IMG/VR virus record: IMGVR_UViG_2698536408_000009
Location: 1 to 5,537 of that record
Length of the DNA: 5,537 nucleotides
Source: a virus
Lineage: Duplodnaviria; Heunggongvirae; Uroviricota; Caudoviricetes
Strand: one strand, 5' to 3'
In this document: positions 1 through 5,537 of the stretch, piece after piece
Numbering within the stretch: position 1 is the first letter of the stretch
Layout of the letters: every line of letters begins with the position of its first letter
Notes under the pieces: model-generated
Told to the model about the DNA's origin: nothing
What the model saw: only the letters and a program-made list of their open reading frames with translations
Database searches by the model: none
Translations under genes and position numbers: made by a program

Positions 1-255
1 CAACATGGTGTAGCAGCCAGCCAGTTATTTCTCTGGCGTAAGCAATACCAGGAAGGAAGTCTTACTGCTGTCGCCGCCGGAGAACAGGTTGTTCCTGCCT
101 CTGAACTTGCTGCCGCCATGAAGCAGATTAAAGAACTCCAGCGCCTGCTCGGCAAGAAAACGATGGAAAATGAACTCCTCAAAGAAGCCGTTGAATATGG
201 ACGGGCAAAAAAGTGGATAGCGCACGCGCCCTTATTGCCCGGGGATGGGGAGTAA
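1..255 (+). CDS. insC: IS2 transposase OrfA (InsC), 5'-truncated by the window edge; C-terminal 84 codons present
   Basis: Frame +1 from position 1 reads [24 protein letters not shown]...LLPGDGE and stops at TAA 253-255; matches remembered InsC C-terminus. Confidence 0.85.
207..213 (+). other. Programmed -1 ribosomal frameshift motif (A AAA AAG) linking insC and insD frames
   Basis: A6G heptamer at 207-213 sits in the insC/insD overlap; insD frame is -1 relative to insC. IS3-family transposases are made as OrfAB fusions by -1 frameshifting (established knowledge). Confidence 0.6.
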
Positions 256-1118
256 GCTTAGTCAGCCGTTGTCTCCGGGTGTCGCGTGCGCAGTTGCACG
301 TCATTCTCAGACGAACCGATGACTGGATGGATGGCCGCCGCAGTCGTCACACTGATGATACGGATGTGCTTCTCCGTATACACCATGTTATCGGAGAGCT
401 GCCCACGTATGGTTATCGTCGGGTATGGGCGCTGCTTCGCAGACAGGCAGAACTTGATGGTATGCCTGCGATCAATGCCAAACGTGTTTACCGGATCATG
501 CGCCAGAATGCGCTGTTGCTTGAGCGAAAACCTGCTGTACCGCCATCGAAACGGGCACATACAGGCAGAGTGGCCGTGAAAGAAAGCAATCAGCGATGGT
601 GCTCTGACGGGTTCGAGTTCTGCTGTGATAACGGAGAGAGACTGCGTGTCACGTTCGCGCTGGACTGCTGTGATCGTGAGGCACTGCACTGGGCGGTGAC
701 TACCGGCGGCTTCAACAGTGAAACAGTACAGGACGTCATGCTGGGAGCGGTGGAACGCCGCTTCGGCAACGATCTTCCGTCGTCTCCAGTGGAGTGGCTG
801 ACGGATAATGGTTCATGCTACCGGGCTAATGAAACACGCCAGTTCGCCCGGATGTTGGGACTTGAACCGAAGAACACGGCGGTGCGGAGTCCGGAGAGTA
901 ACGGAATAGCAGAGAGCTTCGTGAAAACGATAAAGCGTGACTACATCAGTATCATGCCCAAACCAGACGGGTTAACGGCAGCAAAGAACCTTGCAGAGGC
1001 GTTCGAGCATTATAACGAATGGCATCCGCATAGTGCACTGGGTTATCGCTCGCCACGGGAATATCTACGGCAGCAAGCCAGTAATGGGTTAAGTGATAAC
1101 AGGTGTCTGGAAATATAG
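213..1118 (+). CDS. insD: IS2 transposase OrfB (InsD), DDE integrase-like catalytic domain, 301 aa
   Basis: ORF 213..1118 starting at GTG; translation [23 protein letters not shown]...NRCLEI matches remembered InsD; overlaps insC in the -1 frame. Confidence 0.9.
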
Positions 1119-1129
1119 GGGCAAATCCA
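1089..1129. repeat. IS2 right terminal inverted repeat (approximate extent)
   Basis: Terminal about 40 bp of the element ending ...CAGGTGTCTGGAAATATAGGGGCAAATCCA; left IR is outside the window so pairing cannot be verified here. Confidence 0.55.
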
Positions 1130-1237
1130 GCGTTCATCAGCCCCCGCATTGCCGACAGGATCACAGACGGGGGGCGCAACTGGTTGTCGTTCAACTGGCC
1201 CAGCTACCGTTCTTGTATCAGAGGTGTGGCTGCATGA
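1130..1237 (+). pseudogene. Possible 3' remnant of a phage replication gene (O/gene-18-like position) cut by the IS2 insertion
   Basis: Frame +2 is stop-free for 35 codons from the IS2 junction and ends at TGA 1235-1237, overlapping the helicase ATG 1234-1236 as ATGA. Weak: 35 open codons can occur by chance. Confidence 0.3.
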
Positions 1238-2625
1238 CAACACCAGTCTGGCGTAATGATGACCTGGAAGGCGCTGTCATTGGCGCATTCTTTCTGCGTG
1301 GGGCAGATCATGAAGTGATGGATATTCTGATCACACTACCGGCGGACATTTTTTCTGTACGAGCGTATCGGGATATCTACACAGGCATCTGCAGACAGGC
1401 CCGTGTTTCAGGAGTGATTGACCCCGTGCTGTTGTGTAATGAGATGCCGGAACTTGCCCCGGTGATTACTGATACCGGGCGTAAAACCTGGGTGAAGTCT
1501 TCACTGGAGCACTATGTTGCAGCGTTGCGGCGCAATGCCGCACTGCGCGATGCAGAAAAAACACTGAATGAGGCGCTGCAGAAATTACGTGATGCGCATA
1601 CCTGTGAAGCAGCTGAAGATGCCCTGAAGGATGCGCAGAACATGATGGTCACACTGTCGACAGGAAAGGGCGTCATTCAGCCGGTACATATTGATGATGT
1701 GCTTCCGGAAGTGGTTGAGCGTGTTGAATGCCGGAATCAGGGGCTGGAGAAATCCAGGACGTTGATGACCGGTATTGATGAACTGGACGCAAAAACAGGC
1801 GGTATGGAGCCCGGAGACCTGGTATTCATTGCCGCCCGTCCTTCGATGGGGAAAACCGAACTTGCGCTGGACATCATCGACAAGGTGACTGAGCAGGGGC
1901 ATGGTGTGCTTCTGTTCACCATGGAGATGGCGAACATCCAGATTGGTGAACGTATGGTGTCTGCGGCTGGAGGGATGCCAGTATCACGCCTGAAATCTGT
2001 GGCTCACTTTGAAGATGAAGACTGGGCGCGTTTCTCACAAGGGGTGGGGCGGATGACCGGGCGCAATATCTGGATGGTGGACCAGGCGAACCTGACCATT
2101 GATGAGATATGCGCAACAACGAAACACCATCTGATTAAACATCCGGAAACGGCGCTGGTGGTGGTTGATTATCTCGGGCTGATAAAAACCCGAACCACGG
2201 GGCGTCATGACCTTGCCGTGGGTGAAATCTCAAAGGGGCTTAAAGGCCTGGCAAAATCCGGTGGTTTTCCGTTGATTGCGCTGAGCCAGCTCTCCCGCGG
2301 TGTGGAGTCCAGACCCAATAAACGTCCCATGAACTCAGACCTGAAAAATTCCGGAGAAATAGAGGCGGATGCAGACATCATTCTGATGCTTTACAGGGAT
2401 GAAGTGTACAACCCGGATACACAGGCTACAGGCATAGCAGAAATTAATATCACGAAACAACGTAACGGTTCTCTGGGGACGATTTACCGGCGTTTTTATA
2501 ACGGACATTTTCTGCCTGTGGACCAGGAAAGCGCACAGGTTCTTTCCACCCCAATGCGGCAGCCCCAGCCGCGCAGATACAGCAATACACGTACCGACAG
2601 CAGTAAGATGGAGCGTTTCTTTTGA
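1234..2625 (+). CDS. Phage-type replicative DNA helicase, DnaB family (P22 gp12-like), 463 aa
   Basis: Walker A AARPSMGKT, Walker B LVVVDYLGL, and ALSQLSRGVESRPNKRPMNSDLKNSGEIEADADIILMLYRDEVY and ITKQRNGSLG motifs align to E. coli DnaB. Start at ATG 1234 with GAGG 9 nt upstream; the ORF track's 1093 start is a GTG inside the IS2 terminus. Confidence 0.85.
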   Translation: MTTPVWRNDDLEGAVIGAFFLRGADHEVMDILITLPADIFSVRAYRDIYTGICRQARVSGVIDPVLLCNEMPELAPVITDTGRKTWVKSSLEHYVAALRRNAALRDAEKTLNEALQKLRDAHTCEAAEDALKDAQNMMVTLSTGKGVIQPVHIDDVLPEVVERVECRNQGLEKSRTLMTGIDELDAKTGGMEPGDLVFIAARPSMGKTELALDIIDKVTEQGHGVLLFTMEMANIQIGERMVSAAGGMPVSRLKSVAHFEDEDWARFSQGVGRMTGRNIWMVDQANLTIDEICATTKHHLIKHPETALVVVDYLGLIKTRTTGRHDLAVGEISKGLKGLAKSGGFPLIALSQLSRGVESRPNKRPMNSDLKNSGEIEADADIILMLYRDEVYNPDTQATGIAEINITKQRNGSLGTIYRRFYNGHFLPVDQESAQVLSTPMRQPQPRRYSNTRTDSSKMERFF

Positions 2626-2879
2626 ACAACCAGACAATGACTTTTACCTCTGAACAATTGCGTAAACACGCGCAGGAAATGTTGCGACAGGCGGAACAAC
2701 TGGAAAAAACAGGTGTAACAAAAGATGCCATTCGTCGGGATATGGTGCCAGCGCTCAGGGAACTGATGCAGGCGAAACATCGCGCACAAAAAGCGGTGGA
2801 TGAGCTCGTTGATTGTGTGGCAGAGCTGGAAACCAAAGTTGGAAAGTTTGAAAAAATGGTGCAGGAGGTGCTGCGCTGA
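2622..2879 (+). CDS. Hypothetical small phage protein (nin-region position), 85 aa from TTG 2622 or 80 aa from ATG 2637
   Basis: ORF between helicase and rusA; GGAG at 2610-2613 is 8 nt before TTG 2622; stop TGA 2877-2879 overlaps the rusA ATG. Charged, helical-looking sequence; no family recognised. Confidence 0.5.
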   Translation: MNNQTMTFTSEQLRKHAQEMLRQAEQLEKTGVTKDAIRRDMVPALRELMQAKHRAQKAVDELVDCVAELETKVGKFEKMVQEVLR

Positions 2880-3250
2880 TGCGCCATGAGTTTATTTTAC
2901 CTTATCCGCCGACGGTGAATACTTACTGGCGACGTCGTGGCAGCACATATTTTGTATCAAAAGTTGGTGAGCGTTATCGCCGTGATGTGACGCTAATTGT
3001 TCGCCAGCAGCGGCTGAAATTAAACCTGTCCGGAAGGCTGGCGATAAAGATTATTGCAGAGCCACCGGATAAGCGCCGTCGTGACCTGGACAATATCCTG
3101 AAAGCACCACTGGATGCGCTGACGCATGCCGGACTACTCATAGACGACGAGCAGTTTGATGAAATCAATATTGTGCGCGGTCAGCTCGTTCCTGGTGGGC
3201 GACTGGGCGTGAAGATTTATGAAATCACAGGTGATAACGATGGCGCGTGA
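2879..3250 (+). CDS. rusA: Holliday junction resolvase RusA (endodeoxyribonuclease RusA family), 123 aa
   Basis: Translation [21 protein letters not shown]...[30 protein letters not shown]...[11 protein letters not shown] parallels E. coli RusA (PPSNNRYY...[30 protein letters not shown]...GGRLELTITEM). Confidence 0.85.
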   Translation: MRHEFILPYPPTVNTYWRRRGSTYFVSKVGERYRRDVTLIVRQQRLKLNLSGRLAIKIIAEPPDKRRRDLDNILKAPLDALTHAGLLIDDEQFDEINIVRGQLVPGGRLGVKIYEITGDNDGA

Positions 3251-3626
3251 TATTCAGCAGGTTATGGAACGGTGGGGGGCTTGGGCTGCAAACACTCATG
3301 AAGATGTATCCTGGGCGTCGATCGCTGCTGGTTTTAAAGGGTTAATTCCGTCGAAAGTGAAATCACGCCCTCAGTGTTCTGATGATGATGCAATGATAAT
3401 TTGTGGCTGTATGGCCCGGTTGAACAAGAAAAATCAGGATTTGCACGATTTGCTGGTGGATTATTACGTAGGTGGAATGACTTTTATGAGTCTGGCACGG
3501 AAACATGGGTGTTCGGATACCTGTATTGGCAAGCGCCTGCAGAAAGCGGAAGGGGTTATTGATGGCATGTTGATGATGCTTGATATCCGGCTGGAGATGG
3601 ACAGATACGTAGAACGAATTATGTAG
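3240..3626 (+). CDS. quuD: Late-gene antitermination protein Q, short Phage_antitermQ-type (DLP12 QuuD-like), 128 aa
   Basis: Translation [23 protein letters not shown]...[20 protein letters not shown]...[19 protein letters not shown]...[23 protein letters not shown] resembles the remembered DLP12 Q-like protein; ATG 3240 overlaps rusA stop; sits immediately after rusA as in lambdoid nin-Q regions. Confidence 0.65.
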   Translation: MARDIQQVMERWGAWAANTHEDVSWASIAAGFKGLIPSKVKSRPQCSDDDAMIICGCMARLNKKNQDLHDLLVDYYVGGMTFMSLARKHGCSDTCIGKRLQKAEGVIDGMLMMLDIRLEMDRYVERIM

Positions 3627-3630
3627 GTGC

Positions 3631-3660
3631 TTGACCAGACACATTGTCCGGGGCTATATT
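3631..3660 (+). promoter_or_regulatory. Candidate sigma70 late promoter (PR'-like) just downstream of Q: TTGACC-18-TATATT
   Basis: -35 TTGACC 3631-3636 and -10 TATATT 3655-3660, starting 5 nt after the Q stop, as lambda PR' does. Sequence-motif call only. Confidence 0.45.
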
Positions 3661-3721
3661 CCTCACGCGCCAGCAAAATCTGGCGTCGGGATTGGAACCC
3701 CGGATAGAGACCGCGACAGAC

Positions 3722-3746
3722 ACACGCCGCGAGCGTGTTTTTTATT
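3722..3746 (+). terminator. Intrinsic terminator (tR'-like) about 80 nt downstream of the candidate late promoter
   Basis: Stem ACACGC (3722-3727) / GCGTGT (3733-3738), 5-nt loop, then TTTTT; preceded by two more hairpins at 3667-3685 and 3687-3702. Confidence 0.55.
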
Positions 3747-3871
3747 GTCGTATGCACGCGCACATCTGAATTATGGTGGGGCGCATGGGGGAGCTGAAAA
3801 GCTCGCCGGTCGGTTTCCCGGTAGTTCCAACCCTGTGCGTCTCACCACCCGATGATTGGAACCTGACGGTG

Positions 3872-3900
3872 TTGACAGTTTCAGGTTTGCAGTTTACATT
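3872..3900 (+). promoter_or_regulatory. Second candidate sigma70 promoter: TTGACA-17-TACATT, possibly serving the downstream ORF6N gene
   Basis: Perfect -35 TTGACA 3872-3877 and -10 TACATT 3895-3900 with 17-bp spacer; a weak hairpin plus T7 run follows at 3936-3963. Confidence 0.4.
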
Positions 3901-4100
3901 TCCCCGCGGTGCTCAAAACACCTCGAAAGCGGTATCCACACCCGATAGCCATGTGGTTTTTTTGTGTCCAGAATTCTTGGTTTATGACCGGGTGTGCGGC
4001 TAATACAATACCAGCAATGGAAATACGCCCGCCGACTTTCGACGGTTTTGAGCGCCCGGTCACCCTCTCAAAAGGGGTAAATCAAAATATTCGAAAGGAC

Positions 4101-4670
4101 ATGTCTATGAATCGCACGTCTATTGAAAAACTCCCGTCACTTACGCATAACCATCTTCCTGTCATGACAACAGAGCTGCTGGCTGATTTGTACGGAACAG
4201 AGCGCCAGCGTTTGACAAACAATTTCAATCGAAACAAAGAACGGTTTATAGAAGGTAAACATTTTTTCCTGATAGAAGGTGATGCGTTACGAGAGTTGAA
4301 GAACGAAAACTCTTTAAGAGTTTCTGTGAAAATTGCCCGTAACGTTCGCTCCCTCATCCTCTGGACAGAACGTGGCGCAGCCCGTCACGCCAAAATGCTC
4401 GAAACCGATCAGGCGTGGGAAGTGTTCGAAAAACTGGAAGACTGTTATTTCAACCAGAAACAGCCACCAGCGGCACAAAACACATCTATCGAAAATGATG
4501 GATGCGCATTACTGAGCCACTTCGATAAACACGGTCAGGTTGAGTTCACGGAAAAGGTACCCGCCGATGCGATGGTATGTACTCTGGAACGGTTTAAATT
4601 TTATCTGGAGCAACACGGGTGGATCGTTGCCCGTAAAGAGCAACTGGTGGAGCGGTTGATGCGGTTTTAA
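4101..4670 (+). CDS. ORF6N-domain / phage antirepressor-like protein, 189 aa
   Basis: ATG 4101 with AAGGA 2 nt upstream; N-terminal region LADLYGTERQRLTNNFNRNKERFIEGKHFFLIEGDALRELKNE...LWTERGAARHAKML looks like the ORF6N/antirepressor N-terminal domain. The 3909 upstream extension in the ORF track has no plausible start. Confidence 0.7.
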   Translation: MSMNRTSIEKLPSLTHNHLPVMTTELLADLYGTERQRLTNNFNRNKERFIEGKHFFLIEGDALRELKNENSLRVSVKIARNVRSLILWTERGAARHAKMLETDQAWEVFEKLEDCYFNQKQPPAAQNTSIENDGCALLSHFDKHGQVEFTEKVPADAMVCTLERFKFYLEQHGWIVARKEQLVERLMRF

Positions 4671-4745
4671 AAATTTTTTCCGAAAACTTTACGATCGTAA
4701 AAAGTTGAATATCCTGTTAAGAGTGGTTACTACGCCACACAGCTT

Positions 4746-4772
4746 AAACCCGCCGATGAGCGGGTTTTTTTA
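4746..4772 (+). terminator. Rho-independent terminator after the ORF6N gene (A-tract upstream, so possibly bidirectional)
   Basis: AAA-CCCGC-CGATGA-GCGGG-TTTTTTT: 5-bp GC stem, 6-nt loop, 7-T run, 76 nt after the stop codon. Confidence 0.7.
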
Positions 4773-4821
4773 TACCTGAAAAACGGCACAGGACGTTAAA
4801 CGTGCTGGTGGTCAGATGAGT

Positions 4822-4850
4822 TTGCAGATGTGATGACATATGGTTATTAT
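4822..4850 (+). promoter_or_regulatory. Candidate promoter for the tRNA array: TTGCAG-17-TATTAT
   Basis: -35 TTGCAG 4822-4827, 17-bp spacer, -10 TATTAT 4845-4850, GC-rich discriminator, first tRNA starting 10 nt downstream. Confidence 0.4.
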
Positions 4851-4859
4851 TCTGCCTCC

Positions 4860-4936
4860 GGCCCTTTAGCTCAGTTGGTCAGAGCGAGCGACTCATAATC
4901 GCCAGGTCGCTGGTTCAAGTCCAGCAAGGGCCACCA
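4860..4936 (+). tRNA. tRNA-Ile2 (anticodon CAU, lysidine type; ileX/ileZ-like), 77 nt with encoded CCA
   Basis: Hand-folded cloverleaf: acceptor GGCCCTT/AAGGGCC, D-stem GCTC/GAGC, anticodon loop CTCATAA, T-arm GCTGG-TTCAAGT-CCAGC. Anticodon and T arms match remembered E. coli ileX, so Ile2 rather than Met. Confidence 0.75.
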
Positions 4937-4937
4937 A

Positions 4938-5014
4938 CCACCACTAGCTCATCCGGATAGAGCATCAACCTTCTAAGTTGACGGTGCGAGGTTCGAGTCC
5001 TCGGTGGTGGGCCA
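4938..5014 (+). tRNA. tRNA-Arg (anticodon UCU), phage-type, 77 nt with encoded CCA
   Basis: Hand-folded cloverleaf with all stems perfect: acceptor CCACCAC/GTGGTGG, D-stem GCTC/GAGC, anticodon stem TCAAC/GTTGA with loop CTTCTAA, T-arm CGAGG-TTCGAGT-CCTCG. Diverged from host argU; unusual C1:G72 first pair. Confidence 0.7.
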
Positions 5015-5016
5015 GC

Positions 5017-5092
<76 letters not shown>

Positions 5093-5095
5093 TAT

Positions 5096-5170
<75 letters not shown>

Positions 5171-5176
5171 AGATGT

Positions 5177-5252
5177 GCTGATATAGCTCAGTTGGTAGAG
5201 CGCACCCTTGGTAAGGGTGAGGTCGGCAGTTCGAATCTGCCTATCAGCACCA
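5177..5252 (+). tRNA. thrT: tRNA-Thr (anticodon GGU), thrT, 76 nt
   Basis: GCTGATATAGCTCAGTTGGTAGAGCGCACCCTTGGTAAGGGTGAGGTCGGCAGTTCGAATCTGCCTATCAGCACCA; 6-nt spacer after glyT and 114-nt spacer before tufB, as I remember for K-12. Confidence 0.9.
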
Positions 5253-5330
5253 CTTCTTTTCTCCTCCCTGTTTTTTCCTTCTGTTTATTGCATTCAACAA
5301 GTCGGGCATGTTGCCTGGTTGATGTGGTGA

Positions 5331-5537
<207 letters not shown>

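Larger units (their letters stand above)
1..1129 (+). mobile_element. IS2 insertion sequence (IS3 family), partial: left end lies outside the window, right end at about 1129
   Basis: insC 3' end and full insD in the characteristic -1 overlapping arrangement; sequence ends with the IS2 right terminus ...GGAAATATAGGGGCAAATCCA at 1109-1129, recognised from memory of IS2. Confidence 0.88.

Noticed and set aside
258-689. Antisense ORF (143 aa) inside insD, plus other reverse-strand ORFs at 25..225, 286..579 (+ alt frame), 952..1194 and 1043..1243
   Set aside because: All lie wholly within IS2 coding sequence in alternative frames; IS2 is well characterised with only insC and insD, so these are frame artefacts.
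1093-1233. N-terminal extension of the helicase ORF back to GTG 1093 inside the IS2 terminus (510-aa ORF in the track), which would make an IS2-helicase fusion
   Set aside because: The extension starts at a GTG with no ribosome-binding site, lies inside the IS2 inverted repeat, and its translation is not DnaB-like. ATG 1234 has a GAGG Shine-Dalgarno and aligns with the DnaB N-terminal domain.
1585-3168. Reverse-strand ORFs (1585..1902, 1737..1937, 1916..2119, 2335..2637, 2450..2887, 2496..2789, 2974..3168) opposite the helicase, small ORF and rusA
   Set aside because: They are antisense to genes with strong protein-family signal, have no family resemblance themselves, and are Cys/Ser/Arg-rich as expected for antisense frames.
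3631-4003. Small ORFs 3631..3855 and 3773..4003 in the Q-ORF6N intergenic region
   Set aside because: No credible start/RBS, they overlap each other and the promoter/terminator elements, and their composition is low-complexity (Arg/Pro/Gly-rich), typical of GC-rich noncoding translation.
4020-4060. Hairpin plus T-run at about 4031-4050 (CCGAC...GACGG TTTT) as a terminator ahead of the ORF6N gene
   Set aside because: The stem has a mismatch, is only 4-5 bp, and the T-run is 4 nt; too weak to call.
3909-4100. Upstream in-frame extension of the ORF6N gene (253-aa ORF starting at 3909)
   Set aside because: It begins at GTG without an RBS and overlaps the promoter and hairpin region. ATG 4101 has AAGGA at ideal spacing, and the recognisable domain starts after it.
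3363-4357. Reverse-strand ORFs 3363..3644, 3464..3763, 3881..4063, 4082..4357 and the + strand ORF 4333..4515
   Set aside because: They overlap the Q and ORF6N genes or the regulatory intergenic region and lack starts, RBS or recognisable domains.
4860-4936. Calling the CAU-anticodon tRNA an elongator tRNA-Met
   Set aside because: The anticodon arm and T arm match remembered E. coli ileX (tRNA-Ile2, lysidine-modified) rather than metT, and phage tRNA modules typically carry Ile2. Still unconfirmed without an isotype-specific model.
4938-5014. Possibility that the second tRNA is a mutated tyrU
   Set aside because: It is 77 nt with a short variable loop and UCU anticodon; tRNA-Tyr has a long variable arm and GUA anticodon.

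Overview
Enterobacterial (E. coli/Shigella-type) chromosomal segment, all genes on the + strand. Positions 1-1129 are the right-hand part of an IS2 element (3' end of insC, complete insD, right terminal inverted repeat). IS2 sits in the early region of a degraded lambdoid prophage: a possible 3' stub of a replication gene, an intact DnaB-family helicase, a small hypothetical gene, a RusA resolvase, a short Q-type antiterminator, a promoter/hairpin/terminator leader just after Q, an ORF6N antirepressor-like gene, and two phage-type tRNAs (Ile2-CAU, Arg-UCU). These abut host thrU, glyT, thrT and the start of tufB with 1-3 nt spacers; the tyrU gene I expect between thrU and glyT in E. coli K-12 is absent. 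No lysis or structural genes, no CRISPR, and no convincing novel defence or toxin system. The most unusual thing is the junction architecture, which may be a real deletion/recombination scar or an assembly chimera. All homology statements are from reading the translations and from memory of the families; no searches were run.
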